DNA of 64,000 nucleotides from Escherichia coli (GCF_041886205.1 NZ_CP169029.1), one strand, 5' to 3'. Counted from the stretch's first letter, positions 43,853 through 54,373 are shown. Notes: generated by a model not told the origin, from the letters alone. Numbers and translations are program-made.

Positions 43853-45313
43853 TTACAGCGCAGCCACACACTCGCGCGCACCGCGTTCGCACAGCTGCTG
43901 ATATGCCGCCGTCACCGCGCCAACAAAGTCCGCATTTTGCGGCAGATCATCGGCAAAAATACCGCTCAGGCCCAGCAACGCTTTCACGCGGTCTGCGCCC
44001 TGATTCTGCGCGTTGATCTTCTGGAACTCCGCCAGCATCGGGTCAACTACGTCAATGGCATTACCCTGCTCATCCACGCCCTGGGTGTAGCGCATCCAGC
44101 CAGCCACGCCCAGCGCCAGGTGACGCCAGCTGCCGCCGTTTTGCAGGTGCAGACGCACCGGATCCAGCAGACGCTGCGGTAACTTCTGGCTGCCGTCCAT
44201 CGCAATCTGCCAGGTACGGTGACGCAGAGACGGGTTGCTGAAACGCTCGATCAGCAGCGTCGCATAGGCGTTCAGGTCCGTACCTTCCGGCATCGACAGC
44301 GTTGGCGCTTGTTCCTGCATCATCAGGGCAAAGGCCGCTTTGCGATAATCCGGGTTAGTCATGGTGTCGGCAATAGTTTCATAGCCGCCGAGGTAACCGA
44401 GGTATGCCAGGAAAGAGTGGCTGCCGTTCAGCATACGCAGCTTCATCATTTCGAACGGCACAACGTCTGCAACGAACTGTGCGCCCACTTTATCCCAGTC
44501 CGGGCGACCATTAACGAAGTTATCTTCAATCACCCACTGACGGAACGGTTCGCAGGCAATGGCGCACGGGTCGTAAACACCCAGCTGGTCAGCAATTTCC
44601 TGTAAGGTTTCTGGCGTCGCCGCCGGAACGATGCGGTCAACCATGGTGCACGGGAAGGTGACGTTCTCTTCAATCCATGCCGCCAGCTGCGGATCGCGTG
44701 CCTGAGCCAGCCCAAGAACGGCAACCTTCGCCACATGACCGTTTTCTCGCACGTTGTCGCAGGACATCACCGTAAACGCTTTCAACCTTTTTTCACGACG
44801 CAGGCGCAACGCTTCTACGATGTAACCAATCGCGGACTTCGGCGCAGTCGGGTTTTCCAGATCGTGCTTGATCAGCGGGTTATTGAGATCCAGTTGACCG
44901 CTTGCCGCATCAGCGCAGTAGCCTTTTTCCGTGACCGTTAGAGAGACAATCGCCGTTTGCGGACGCGCCATCGCGTTGAGAATACCTTCGCAGCCATCGA
45001 TTTCCGGATGCAGCGCTTCTTTCATTGAACCGATAATTTTCAGCTCGGTGCTTTCTGCGCCTTTTTCCGCCACGGTGTACAGCAGTTGCTGTTTTTTCAG
45101 GTTTTCGATCAGCACGCGGTCGTTGCCTGGCATCAGGTTAACTTCGCAGATACCCCAGTCGCTGTCGGTGCTTTCCAGCAGGTGATGGGTATACAGCGCC
45201 TGGTGCGCGCGGTGAAACGCCCCGCAACCGAGATGCACAATGCGTGATTCCAGACGAGAATGATCCCATGACGGGCGGGCAACCGGCAGATTGCTGTCAA
45301 CAATAGTAGTCAT
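43853..45313 (-). CDS. uxuB: D-mannonate oxidoreductase (fructuronate reductase)
   Basis: 486 aa; mannitol-dehydrogenase-family Rossmann fold; synteny uxuA-uxuB-uxuR. Confidence 0.9.
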   Translation of the reverse strand: MTTIVDSNLPVARPSWDHSRLESRIVHLGCGAFHRAHQALYTHHLLESTDSDWGICEVNLMPGNDRVLIENLKKQQLLYTVAEKGAESTELKIIGSMKEALHPEIDGCEGILNAMARPQTAIVSLTVTEKGYCADAASGQLDLNNPLIKHDLENPTAPKSAIGYIVEALRLRREKRLKAFTVMSCDNVRENGHVAKVAVLGLAQARDPQLAAWIEENVTFPCTMVDRIVPAATPETLQEIADQLGVYDPCAIACEPFRQWVIEDNFVNGRPDWDKVGAQFVADVVPFEMMKLRMLNGSHSFLAYLGYLGGYETIADTMTNPDYRKAAFALMMQEQAPTLSMPEGTDLNAYATLLIERFSNPSLRHRTWQIAMDGSQKLPQRLLDPVRLHLQNGGSWRHLALGVAGWMRYTQGVDEQGNAIDVVDPMLAEFQKINAQNQGADRVKALLGLSGIFADDLPQNADFVGAVTAAYQQLCERGARECVAAL

Positions 45314-45393
45314 CGTAAACTCCAGAATCCGTCTTCAGAGAGTGACGGCAAGGAAGAAGGAACCGGCACGGCGCGCAGCCATGCCGGTGGATA

Positions 45394-46578
45394 TTAACGG
45401 CTAAAGAAAGCGCGCTGGATCGCCAGTTCGACACCGCGAACTTCGGCCAGGCCTTTCAGACGACCAATTGCGGAGTAACCTGGGTTGGTTTTCTTCTTCA
45501 GGTCGTCCAGCATCTGATGACCGTGGTCCGGACGCATCGGGATCAGGTCTTCTTTGCCTTCCGCTTTACGACGGTGTTCTTCTTCAACAATCGCTTTCAC
45601 CACTTCGTACATATCAACGTCACCGTTCAGGTGCGCCGCTTCGTGGAAGGTTTTGGGGTTATCTTCACGCATGGTGGAGCGCAGATGGGTGAAGTAAATG
45701 CGCGGACCAAACTGCTTGATCATATCAACCAGATCGTTGTCAGCACGCACGCCGTAGGAACCGGTGCACATGGTGAAACCGTTCGCCATGCTGTTTACGG
45801 TATCAACCATCCACTGCATATCTTCAATGGTGGAAACAATGCGCGGCAGGCCGAGGATCGGGCGCGGCGGATCGTCCGGGTGAACAGCCATACGCACGCC
45901 AACTTCTTCGGCAACCGGAATAATCGCTTTCAGGAAGACCGCAAAGTTTTCGCGCAGTTTGGCTTTGTCGATATCTTTGTACAGCTCCAGGTGTTTACGG
46001 AACTGGTCGAGGGTGTAGCCTTCTTCCGCGCCCGGAAGACCAGCAATGATGTTACGGGTCAGACGCGCTTTGTCTTCGTCGCTCATAGTGGCGAAGCGAA
46101 CAGCAGCCTGAGCAATTTCTTCTTCGGCGTAATCCGCTTCCGCGCCTGGACGTTTCAGGATATGCATTTCGAATGCAGCGAATTCGATCTGGTCGAAGCG
46201 CAGCGCTTTGGAGCCGTCTGGCAGCACGTATTCGAGGTCAGTACGGGTCCAGTCGAGCACCGGCATGAAGTTGTAGCACACGGTGCGAATGCCGCACTGC
46301 GCCAGGTTGCGCAGAGTCTGCTGATAGTTAGCGATCCACTGCTCATAGTTGCCAGTGTGGGTTTTGATATCTTCGTGAATTGGTACGCTTTCTACGACAG
46401 ACCACACCAGGCCTGCGTCTTCAACGATCGCCTTGCGTTTGAGGATCTCTTCTACGGACCATACTTCGCCGTTCGGGATATGGTGCAGCGCGGTAACCAC
46501 GCCAGTTGCGCCCGCCTGACGGACATCAGCTAAAGAAACCGGATCGTTTGGGCCGTACCAGCGCCAGGTCTGTTCCAT
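45394..46578 (-). CDS. uxuA: D-mannonate dehydratase
   Basis: 394 aa from [16 protein letters not shown]; synteny. Confidence 0.9.
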   Translation of the reverse strand: MEQTWRWYGPNDPVSLADVRQAGATGVVTALHHIPNGEVWSVEEILKRKAIVEDAGLVWSVVESVPIHEDIKTHTGNYEQWIANYQQTLRNLAQCGIRTVCYNFMPVLDWTRTDLEYVLPDGSKALRFDQIEFAAFEMHILKRPGAEADYAEEEIAQAAVRFATMSDEDKARLTRNIIAGLPGAEEGYTLDQFRKHLELYKDIDKAKLRENFAVFLKAIIPVAEEVGVRMAVHPDDPPRPILGLPRIVSTIEDMQWMVDTVNSMANGFTMCTGSYGVRADNDLVDMIKQFGPRIYFTHLRSTMREDNPKTFHEAAHLNGDVDMYEVVKAIVEEEHRRKAEGKEDLIPMRPDHGHQMLDDLKKKTNPGYSAIGRLKGLAEVRGVELAIQRAFFSR

Positions 46579-46740
46579 GATTTTTCCTCTTTCACATAGT
46601 GGGTTCCACAGCAAAGAGACGCGGAACCCTGGAGTTGTTTAGGTATCCGGATGAACAACCAGACCGCAGCCGTGGCGTTGCATCGGATGAGATGGCGTAT
46701 AAGTTCTACCTTTTGGTAAGACATGTCAACCCGAATTCTG

Positions 46741-46757
46741 AAATTGGTTAACCACAT
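46741..46757. promoter_or_regulatory. UxuR/ExuR operator-like palindrome in uxuA upstream region
   Basis: aaattggttaaccacat with TGGTTAACCA palindromic core. Confidence 0.5.
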
Positions 46758-46972
46758 CACAAGAAATCAACTCTATTGCTGGTTGATGCAAATGACAACA
46801 AAGGAGAAGCGGCGGTTAGTAATCGGGGGATGTGACATTCATCGCAATAATGGTTGACCAATTTACATAACGTGTCGCCCAAAATAACAATGGATTAACC
46901 TACTCCCCCATTGCATAAGTTGTGACCGACACAACAAAACTGATGTTGTTGCAAAGATTGCTATTTAGTTTT

Positions 46973-46987
46973 GGTATAAAAGGTATA
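46973..46987 (+). promoter_or_regulatory. Tandem GGTATA repeats, NanR-operator-like, about 50 bp upstream of nanM
   Basis: GGTATAaaaGGTATA; NanR is known to bind GGTATA repeats. Confidence 0.4.
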
Positions 46988-47036
46988 CAGGCACATGGTG
47001 CGACATTTGAATTCCAGCGATCAGGAGTAATTCACA

Positions 47037-48143
47037 ATGAATAAAACAATAACGGCGCTTGCTATCATGATGGCTTCATTTGCCGCAAACGCGTCTGTAT
47101 TACCGGAAACTCCTGTGCCATTTAAAAGTGGTACCGGAGCAATTGATAACGACACTGTCTACATTGGTTTAGGTAGCACAGGTACGGCATGGTACAAGCT
47201 GGATACACAGGCCAAAGATAAAAAATGGACAGCGTTAGCTGCATTCCCTGGCGGACCAAGAGATCAAGCAACCTCGGCATTTATTGATGGCAATCTGTAT
47301 GTGTTTGGCGGCATTGGCAAAAACAGCGAGGGCTTGACTCAGGTATTTAATGACGTACACAAATACAACCCCAAAACCAATAGTTGGGTTAAATTGATGT
47401 CGCACGCACCGATGGGCATGGCGGGTCATGTAACTTTTGTACACAACGGCAAGGCTTATGTTACTGGCGGTGTTAACCAGAATATCTTCAATGGCTATTT
47501 TGAAGATCTCAACGAGGCTGGAAAAGATTCAACCGCTGTAGATAAAATCAACGCTCACTATTTTGACAAAAAAGCAGAAGATTATTTCTTCAATAAGTTT
47601 CTGTTGTCTTTTGATCCCTCAACACAGCAATGGAGTTACGCTGGCGAATCCCCCTGGTACGGAACGGCTGGTGCGGCGGTTGTGAATAAAGGTGATAAAG
47701 CCTGGCTTATTAATGGCGAAGCCAAACCAGGATTGCGAACGGATGCCGTATTTGAACTTGATTTCACCGGTAATAATTTAAAATGGAATAAGCTTGCTCC
47801 CGTCTCATCACCAGATGGCGTCGCTGGCGGTTTTGCGGGGATAAGCAATGATTCTCTTATATTTGCCGGAGGGGCCGGATTCAAAGGTTCACGAGAAAAT
47901 TACCAGAACGGTAAGAACTATGCGCATGAAGGCCTGAAAAAATCATATAGCGCTGATGTTCATCTTTGGCATAACGGGAAATGGGATAAATCGGGCGAAT
48001 TGTCGCAAGGTCGGGCCTACGGAGTATCATTGCCCTGGAATAATAGTTTATTAATTATTGGCGGTGAAACTGCAGGCGGCAAAGCGGTGACGGATTCAGT
48101 TTTGATCTCTGTGAAGGATAATAAAGTCACAGTACAAAACTAA
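47037..48143 (+). CDS. nanM: N-acetylneuraminate mutarotase (Kelch-repeat beta-propeller, periplasmic)
   Basis: 368 aa; signal peptide MNKTITALAIMMASFAANA; repeated GG-containing Kelch blades (YVFGGIG, YVTGGVN, IFAGGAGF, LLIIGGE). Confidence 0.85.
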   Translation: MNKTITALAIMMASFAANASVLPETPVPFKSGTGAIDNDTVYIGLGSTGTAWYKLDTQAKDKKWTALAAFPGGPRDQATSAFIDGNLYVFGGIGKNSEGLTQVFNDVHKYNPKTNSWVKLMSHAPMGMAGHVTFVHNGKAYVTGGVNQNIFNGYFEDLNEAGKDSTAVDKINAHYFDKKAEDYFFNKFLLSFDPSTQQWSYAGESPWYGTAGAAVVNKGDKAWLINGEAKPGLRTDAVFELDFTGNNLKWNKLAPVSSPDGVAGGFAGISNDSLIFAGGAGFKGSRENYQNGKNYAHEGLKKSYSADVHLWHNGKWDKSGELSQGRAYGVSLPWNNSLLIIGGETAGGKAVTDSVLISVKDNKVTVQN

Positions 48144-48207
48144 CGCTTCAGGGCCCCAGTAAAGGGGCCCTGCTATCAATTTATCATATCAATTACGCGA
48201 AAATTAT

Positions 48208-49188
48208 ATGGACGCAATAATATCGCCCGATTATTACTATGTTCTTACCGTTGCTGGTCAGTCTAATGCCATGGCGTATGGCGAAGGACTGCCATTACCG
48301 GACAGGGAAGATGCGCCTCATCCCAGAATTAAACAATTAGCAAGATTTGCGCATACGCATCCCGGAGGCCCGTCATGTCACTTTAACGACATTATTCCAC
48401 TGACTCACTGCCCACACGATGTTCAGGATATGCAGGGTTATCACCATCCTCTGGCAACGAATCATCAAACACAGTACGGCACCGTTGGCCAGGCACTGCA
48501 TATTGCACGGAAATTACTGCCCTTCATTCCTGATAATGCAGGGGTTCTCATCGTTCCATGTTGTCGTGGCGGCTCGGCTTTTATCGCAGGCAGCGAAGGG
48601 ACATATTCAGAACGGCACGGAGCCAGCCATGATGCTTGTCGTTGGGGAACGGATACTCCGCTATACCAGGATTTAGTCAGCAGAACGCGAGCCGCACTGG
48701 CAAAAAATCCGCAGAACAAATTCCTCGGCGTATGCTGGATGCAAGGCGAATTTGACTTAATGACCTGTGACTACTCGTCACACCCTCAACACTTTAATCA
48801 TATGGTTGAAGCCTTTCGTAGGGATCTAAAACAATACCATTCTCAGCTTAATAAAATTACTGACGCGCCGTGGTTTTGCGGCGATACCACCTGGTACTGG
48901 AAAGAAAATTTCCCTCATGCGTATGAAGCTATTTATGGCAATTATCAAAATAATGTTTTAGCTAATATTATTTTCGTCGACTTCCAGCAACAAGGTGAAA
49001 GAGGACTGACGAACGCGCCTGATGAAGACCCGGACGATTTAATCATGGGATATTACGGTTCAGCGTACCGGTCACCGGAGAACTGGACGACGGCACTGCG
49101 AAGCAGTCATTTCAGCGCGGCAGCCCGTCGGGGGATTATTTCTGACAGGTTTGTAGAAGCAATTTTGCAGTTTTGGCGCGAAAGGTGA
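48208..49188 (+). CDS. nanS: 9-O-acetyl-N-acetylneuraminate esterase (SGNH-like)
   Basis: 326 aa directly downstream of nanM; LTVAGQSNAM Ser-containing motif near N-terminus. Confidence 0.8.
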   Translation: MDAIISPDYYYVLTVAGQSNAMAYGEGLPLPDREDAPHPRIKQLARFAHTHPGGPSCHFNDIIPLTHCPHDVQDMQGYHHPLATNHQTQYGTVGQALHIARKLLPFIPDNAGVLIVPCCRGGSAFIAGSEGTYSERHGASHDACRWGTDTPLYQDLVSRTRAALAKNPQNKFLGVCWMQGEFDLMTCDYSSHPQHFNHMVEAFRRDLKQYHSQLNKITDAPWFCGDTTWYWKENFPHAYEAIYGNYQNNVLANIIFVDFQQQGERGLTNAPDEDPDDLIMGYYGSAYRSPENWTTALRSSHFSAAARRGIISDRFVEAILQFWRER

Positions 49189-49195
49189 GCGTTCA

Positions 49196-49846
49196 TTAAT
49201 TTGATTTATTCGCATCCATTAGCGCTTTTAACTGCTCCGGCGTAAACGGTGGTTTGCGTCGGTGCAGCATCGCATGGCAATTAGGGCACACAGGAAGCAA
49301 ATCATTAACTGGATCCAGCTGGTAATCCTCTTTAATGGCTGAAAGCGGCACCAGGTGATGCACATGGATAAAGCCTTCAGCGATATCACCATAGATCTTC
49401 ACCAGATCAACGCCGCATACGTTGCATTGGCATCCATGATGTTCGACCGCTTTATCTCGGGCCTTTTTATCGCGTTCATAGCGGTTTACTGTCACCTTTA
49501 TCGCCGCACCTTCAACGTAGGTCCCCTGCGACGGCAGCTCATCCGGGAACAGAACGTCGGCTATGGGAGCCGCAGCGGCTTTATCCTGATGAATATGAAA
49601 TCCCTGCTCTATGAGTAGCTTGACACATTTAGATTTTATTCCGCCGGTGAAATCCGCAGGGGTAAATTGCGTCCCCGTCATCAATGTCGCTGCGATGCCA
49701 GCAATCGCCTTCGAGGGGTAACGTCGGCCATGATATTCAATTTCATACAACCGTGCAGGCTGGAACTGATGAGTTTCTCCCGCATCCCATAAATGAATAG
49801 CTTCGATGATATACCGCCGCGGAAGATGATCGGGGAGTTTATTCAT
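49196..49846 (-). CDS. HNH endonuclease with N-terminal putative DNA-recognition domain (candidate modification-dependent restriction enzyme)
   Basis: 216 aa; SD AAGGA; C-terminal HNH motif (CQCNVCGVD ... HVHHLVPL ... CPNCHAMLH); stop codon 8 bp from nanS stop (convergent). Confidence 0.7.
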   Translation of the reverse strand: MNKLPDHLPRRYIIEAIHLWDAGETHQFQPARLYEIEYHGRRYPSKAIAGIAATLMTGTQFTPADFTGGIKSKCVKLLIEQGFHIHQDKAAAAPIADVLFPDELPSQGTYVEGAAIKVTVNRYERDKKARDKAVEHHGCQCNVCGVDLVKIYGDIAEGFIHVHHLVPLSAIKEDYQLDPVNDLLPVCPNCHAMLHRRKPPFTPEQLKALMDANKSN

Positions 49847-49992
49847 AGAGAATGTCCTTATACGTTCTCAGAACAAGCAGCAAAAAAACAAATGAGATCA
49901 AAGTAATATATCTTCACTTGCAGGCTTGAACAGCAGAAAATTTGCGAGCATGATCGCAATTATTTCACTGCCAGGGAGGTAATGACTCCAAC

Positions 49993-50496
49993 TTATTGAT
50001 AGTGTTTTATGTTCAGATAATGCCCGATGACTTTGTCATGCAGCTCCACCGATTTTGAGAACGACAGCGACTTCCGTCCCAGCCGTGCCAGGTGCTGTCT
50101 CAGATTCAGGTTATGCCGCTCAATTCGCTGCGTATATCGCTTGCTGATTACGTGCAGCTTTCCCTTCAGGCGGGATTCATACAGCGGCCAGCCATCCGTC
50201 ATCCATATCACCACGTCAAAGGGTGACAGCAGGCTCATAAGACGCCCCAGCGTCGCCATAGTGCGTTCACCGAATACGTGCGCAACAACCGTCTTCCGGA
50301 GCCTGTCATACGCGTAAAACAGCCAGCGCTGGCGCGATTTAGCCCCGACATAGCCCCACTGTTCGTCCATTTCCGCGCAGACGATGACGTCACTGCCCGG
50401 CTGTATGCGCGAGGTTACCGACTGCGGCCTGAGTTTTTTAAATGGCGGAAAATCGTGTTGAGGCCAACGCCCATAATGCGGGCGGTTGCCCGGCAT
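49993..50496 (-). CDS. insB: IS1 transposase InsB
   Basis: 167-aa ORF matching IS1 InsB ([19 protein letters not shown]...). Confidence 0.9.
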   Translation of the reverse strand: MPGNRPHYGRWPQHDFPPFKKLRPQSVTSRIQPGSDVIVCAEMDEQWGYVGAKSRQRWLFYAYDRLRKTVVAHVFGERTMATLGRLMSLLSPFDVVIWMTDGWPLYESRLKGKLHVISKRYTQRIERHNLNLRQHLARLGRKSLSFSKSVELHDKVIGHYLNIKHYQ

Positions 50497-50690
50497 CCAA
50501 CGCCATTCATGGCCATATCAATGATTTTCTGGTGCGTACCGGGTTGAGAAGCGGTGTAAGTGAACTGCAGTTGCCATGTTTTACGGCAGTGAGAGCAGAG
50601 ATAGCGCTGATGTCCGGCGGTGCTTTTGCCGTTACGCACCACCCCGTCAGTAGCTGAACAGGAGGGACAGCTGATAGAAACAGAAGCCAC
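50415..50690 (-). CDS. insA: IS1 protein InsA
   Basis: 91 aa, zinc-finger [37 protein letters not shown]; overlaps insB as in IS1 (frameshift fusion InsAB'). Confidence 0.9.
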   Translation of the reverse strand: MASVSISCPSCSATDGVVRNGKSTAGHQRYLCSHCRKTWQLQFTYTASQPGTHQKIIDMAMNGVGCRATARIMGVGLNTIFRHLKNSGRSR

Positions 50691-50766
50691 TGGAGCACCT
50701 CAAAAACACCATCATACACTAAATCAGTAAGTTGGCAGCATCACCCAGCAAACGAACCTGGATGAT

Positions 50767-51057
50767 TTGCCGGATAAAGCCAGCATCATTGACGCGTTTT
50801 TTACCTTTGCTCAACGCGAACAGCAACGTGAAGCAGAAGCCTTGATCAAAGAAGAAAATCTCAATGAAGAGGCGGCGAAACGCTATATTCGCACGTCTTT
50901 AAAACGCGAATACGCCACCGAAAATGGCACGGAATTAAACGAGACATTGCCAAAACTCAGTCCGTTAAATCCGCAATATAAGACGAAAAAACAGACGGTT
51001 TTCCAGAAGATCGTCGCGTTTATTGAGAAGTTTAAAGGTGTAGGCGGGCAGATATAA
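50767..51057 (+). pseudogene. Truncated ORF (C-terminal fragment) abutting the IS1 end
   Basis: 96-codon frame beginning 22 bp after the IS1 terminus; charged, helical-looking sequence; followed by a perfect hairpin cctgatctg/cagatcagg; identity unknown. Confidence 0.35.
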
Positions 51058-51241
51058 TGTATTAATCCGAACCTGATCTGGCAGATAGCTGTCAGATCAG
51101 GACTGAGCTAATACAAATTAATGTCGAACCGAAAATACCAACGCCTGTACCAACATTTTTCGTTTGCGATGGGTTGGAATTGGTTAGCCCTGAGAGAGTT
51201 AAAATAGCGAGAAAGATAGGTAACTAACGGATTTCAGACAC

Positions 51242-51266
51242 AAAAAAAGCCGCTCTTGAGCGGCTC
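51242..51266 (-). terminator. Rho-independent terminator of leuX
   Basis: Minus strand: gccgctc / tcaa / gagcggc followed by a T-run (plus-strand aaaaaaa at 51242-51248). Confidence 0.75.
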
Positions 51267-51282
51267 GATTTGCATACGGTGT

Positions 51283-51367
51283 GGTGCCGAAGGCCGGACT
51301 CGAACCGGCACGTATTTCTACGGTTGATTTTGAATCAACTGCGTCTACCGATTTCGCCACTTCGGCA
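51283..51367 (-). tRNA. leuX: tRNA-Leu (anticodon CAA)
   Basis: 85-nt minus-strand sequence GCCGAAGTGGCGAAATCGGTAGACGCAGTTGATTCAAAATCAACCGTAGAAATACGTGCCGGTTCGAGTCCGGCCTTCGGCACCA; anticodon loop TTCAAAA; next to ahr as in K-12. Confidence 0.92.
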
Positions 51368-51561
51368 CTGAAGAGGTATGCGGAAAACGTTGTGGATTAT
51401 ACCTGTCGCACGCCACCATGCAAGCGCCAGCTTGCTCGCACCTCGCTAAGTGCTGAAATTTTCAGCATTGCATACAGCGATGTGTAACCTTTGTCACACT
51501 CCAGGCACCCCGCCCTGCCATGCTCTACACTTCCCAGACCACACCAGAGAAGGACCAAAAA

Positions 51562-52581
51562 ATGTCGATGATAAGAAGCTATGCCGCAAAAGAAGCGGGC
51601 GGCGAACTGGAAGTTTATGAGTACGATCCCGGTGAGCTGAAGCCACAAGATATTGAAGTGCAGGTGGATTACTGCGGGATCTGCCATTCCGATCTGTCGA
51701 TGATCGATAACGAATGGGGATTTTCACAATATCCGCTGGTTGCCGGGCATGAGGTGATTGGGCGCGTGGTGGCACTCGGGAGCGCCGCGCAGGATAAAGG
51801 TTTGCAGGTCGGTCAGCGTGTCGGGATTGGCTGGACGGCGCGTAGCTGTGGTCACTGCGACGCCTGTATTAGCGGTAATCAGATCAACTGCGAGCAAGGT
51901 GCGGTGCCAACAATTATGAATCGCGGCGGTTTTGCCGAGAAGTTGCGTGCGGACTGGCAATGGGTGATTCCACTGCCAGAAAATATTGATATCGAGTCCG
52001 CCGGGCCGCTGTTGTGCGGCGGTATCACGGTCTTTAAACCACTGTTGATGCACCATATCACTGCTACCAGCCGCGTTGGGGTAATTGGTATTGGCGGGCT
52101 GGGGCATATCGCTATAAAACTTCTGCACGCAATGGGATGCGAGGTGACAGCCTTTAGTTCGAATCCGGCGAAAGAGCAGGAAGTGCTGGCGATGGGTGCC
52201 GATAAAGTGGTGAATAGCCGCGATCCGCAGGCACTCAAAGCACTGGCGGGGCAGTTTGATCTCATTATCAATACTGTGAACGTCAGCCTCGACTGGCAGC
52301 CTTATTTTGAGGCGCTGACCTATGGCGGTAATTTCCATACGGTCGGTGCGGTTCTCACGCCGCTGTCTGTTCCGGCCTTTACGTTAATTGCGGGCGATCG
52401 CAGCGTCTCTGGTTCTGCTACCGGCACGCCTTATGAGCTGCGTAAGCTGATGCGTTTTGCCGCCCGCAGCAAGGTTGCGCCGACTACCGAACTGTTCCCG
52501 ATGTCGAAAATTAACGACGCCATTCAGCATGTACGCGATGGTAAAGCGCGCTACCGAGTGGTCCTGAAAGCCGACTTCTGA
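51562..52581 (+). CDS. ahr: NADPH-dependent aldehyde reductase (Zn-ADH family)
   Basis: 339 aa from [14 protein letters not shown]; Zn-ADH motif [12 protein letters not shown], Cys cluster CGHCDAC, Rossmann GIGGLGH. Confidence 0.85.
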   Translation: MSMIRSYAAKEAGGELEVYEYDPGELKPQDIEVQVDYCGICHSDLSMIDNEWGFSQYPLVAGHEVIGRVVALGSAAQDKGLQVGQRVGIGWTARSCGHCDACISGNQINCEQGAVPTIMNRGGFAEKLRADWQWVIPLPENIDIESAGPLLCGGITVFKPLLMHHITATSRVGVIGIGGLGHIAIKLLHAMGCEVTAFSSNPAKEQEVLAMGADKVVNSRDPQALKALAGQFDLIINTVNVSLDWQPYFEALTYGGNFHTVGAVLTPLSVPAFTLIAGDRSVSGSATGTPYELRKLMRFAARSKVAPTTELFPMSKINDAIQHVRDGKARYRVVLKADF

Positions 52582-52710
52582 TCCCTTTGCCGGGTGCCTG
52601 TCGCCCGGCACTTAAATCTCTTTGGAAGGCATCTCGCAATCTGCTTAATTTAGCGGTGAAGAGTGCATAGCCGTTGCCTATACTCCAGGCAGGAAACTGG
52701 AGGAAATCTC

Positions 52711-54213
52711 ATGAGTGAACCCCTGTTAATTGCCCGCACGCCGGACACAGAACTGTTTTTACTGCCGGGAATGGCTAACCGTCACGGGCTGATTACTGGC
52801 GCAACGGGGACGGGTAAAACTGTCACGCTGCAAAAACTGGCGGAGTCTCTATCGGAAATCGGTGTTCCGGTGTTTATGGCCGATGTGAAAGGCGATCTGA
52901 CCGGCGTCGCGCAGGCAGGAACGGCGTCGGAAAAACTGCTCGCAAGGCTTAAAAATATCGGCGTCAATGACTGGCAACCGCATGCCAATCCGGTGGTGGT
53001 GTGGGATATCTTTGGCGAGAAAGGCCATCCGGTGCGGGCGACGGTTTCGGATCTGGGGCCGCTGTTGCTGGCGCGGCTGTTGAATCTCAACGATGTGCAA
53101 TCTGGCGTGCTGAATATCATCTTCCGCATTGCTGACGATCAGGGGCTGTTACTGCTCGACTTTAAAGATTTGCGGGCGATTACCCAGTACATCGGCGATA
53201 ACGCCAAATCTTTCCAGAATCAGTACGGTAATATCAGTAGCGCATCGGTTGGTGCCATCCAGCGCGGATTACTGTCGCTGGAACAGCAAGGCGCAGCACA
53301 CTTCTTTGGTGAGCCGATGCTGGATATCAAAGACTGGATGCGCACCGATGCCAACGGTAAAGGCGTTATCAATATCCTCAGCGCCGAGAAACTTTATCAG
53401 ATGCCGAAACTGTACGCCGCCAGCCTGCTGTGGATGCTTTCAGAGTTGTATGAACAATTGCCGGAAGCGGGCGATCTGGAGAAACCAAAACTGGTGTTTT
53501 TCTTCGACGAGGCACATCTGCTGTTTAACGATGCACCGCAGGTACTGCTGGATAAGATTGAGCAGGTGATAAGGCTTATTCGCTCAAAAGGCGTGGGCGT
53601 CTGGTTCGTTTCGCAAAACCCGTCTGATATTCCGGATAATGTGCTCGGCCAGCTCGGTAATCGCGTTCAGCACGCTTTGCGGGCTTTTACGCCCAAAGAT
53701 CAGAAAGCAGTGAAGGCAGCGGCGCAAACCATGCGGGCCAATCCGGCATTTGATACCGAAAAGGCAATCCAGGAACTGGGGACCGGCGAGGCGTTAATCT
53801 CGTTTCTCGATGCAAAAGGAAGTCCTTCTGTGGTGGAACGGGCGATGGTGATTGCGCCTTGTTCGCGGATGGGACCGGTGACGGAAGATGAGCGCAATGG
53901 CTTGATTAATCACTCTCCGGTGTATGGCAAGTACGAGGATGACGTGGACCGGGAATCCGCCTATGAGATGTTGCAAAAAGGCTTTCAGGCCAGTACCGAG
54001 CAGCAAAATAATCCTCCCGCGAAAGGGAAAGAGGTGGCGGTGGATGACGGTATTCTTGGTGGATTGAAGGATATTTTGTTTGGCACTACCGGACCACGCG
54101 GCGGGAAGAAAGATGGTGTGGTGCAAACAATGGCGAAAAGCGCCGCCCGCCAGGTGACGAATCAGATTGTACGCGGGATGTTGGGGAGTTTGCTGGGGGG
54201 GAGAAGAAGGTAA
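52711..54213 (+). CDS. yjgR: DUF853-family P-loop NTPase
   Basis: 500 aa from [11 protein letters not shown]; Walker A GATGTGKT; Walker B-like [10 protein letters not shown]. Confidence 0.8.
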   Translation: MSEPLLIARTPDTELFLLPGMANRHGLITGATGTGKTVTLQKLAESLSEIGVPVFMADVKGDLTGVAQAGTASEKLLARLKNIGVNDWQPHANPVVVWDIFGEKGHPVRATVSDLGPLLLARLLNLNDVQSGVLNIIFRIADDQGLLLLDFKDLRAITQYIGDNAKSFQNQYGNISSASVGAIQRGLLSLEQQGAAHFFGEPMLDIKDWMRTDANGKGVINILSAEKLYQMPKLYAASLLWMLSELYEQLPEAGDLEKPKLVFFFDEAHLLFNDAPQVLLDKIEQVIRLIRSKGVGVWFVSQNPSDIPDNVLGQLGNRVQHALRAFTPKDQKAVKAAAQTMRANPAFDTEKAIQELGTGEALISFLDAKGSPSVVERAMVIAPCSRMGPVTEDERNGLINHSPVYGKYEDDVDRESAYEMLQKGFQASTEQQNNPPAKGKEVAVDDGILGGLKDILFGTTGPRGGKKDGVVQTMAKSAARQVTNQIVRGMLGSLLGGRRR

Positions 54214-54373
54214 GTCAGGCGCGATTTGTCTTTGCCTGATGCGACGCTGGCGCGTCTTATCATGCCTACACCACTGCAACATATTGGATTTTCATGATTT
54301 TTCAGGCATGAACGAAGCACACTTTGCTAACAATAATAAAGGGAGCTTTAGCTCCCTTTATTCGTTCATCAGG

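Larger units (their letters stand above)
49978..50745 (-). mobile_element. IS1 insertion sequence, complete 768 bp
   Basis: Terminal inverted repeats ggtaatgactccaacttattgatagtg (49978-) and cagtaagttggcagcatcacc (-50745); encodes InsA and InsB. Confidence 0.92.

Noticed and set aside
45517-46533. 338-aa plus-strand ORF inside uxuA
   Set aside because: Antisense shadow frame of uxuA; no independent start context
51724-52338. 204-aa and 130-aa minus-strand ORFs inside ahr
   Set aside because: Antisense to ahr, which has clear Zn-ADH motifs on the plus strand
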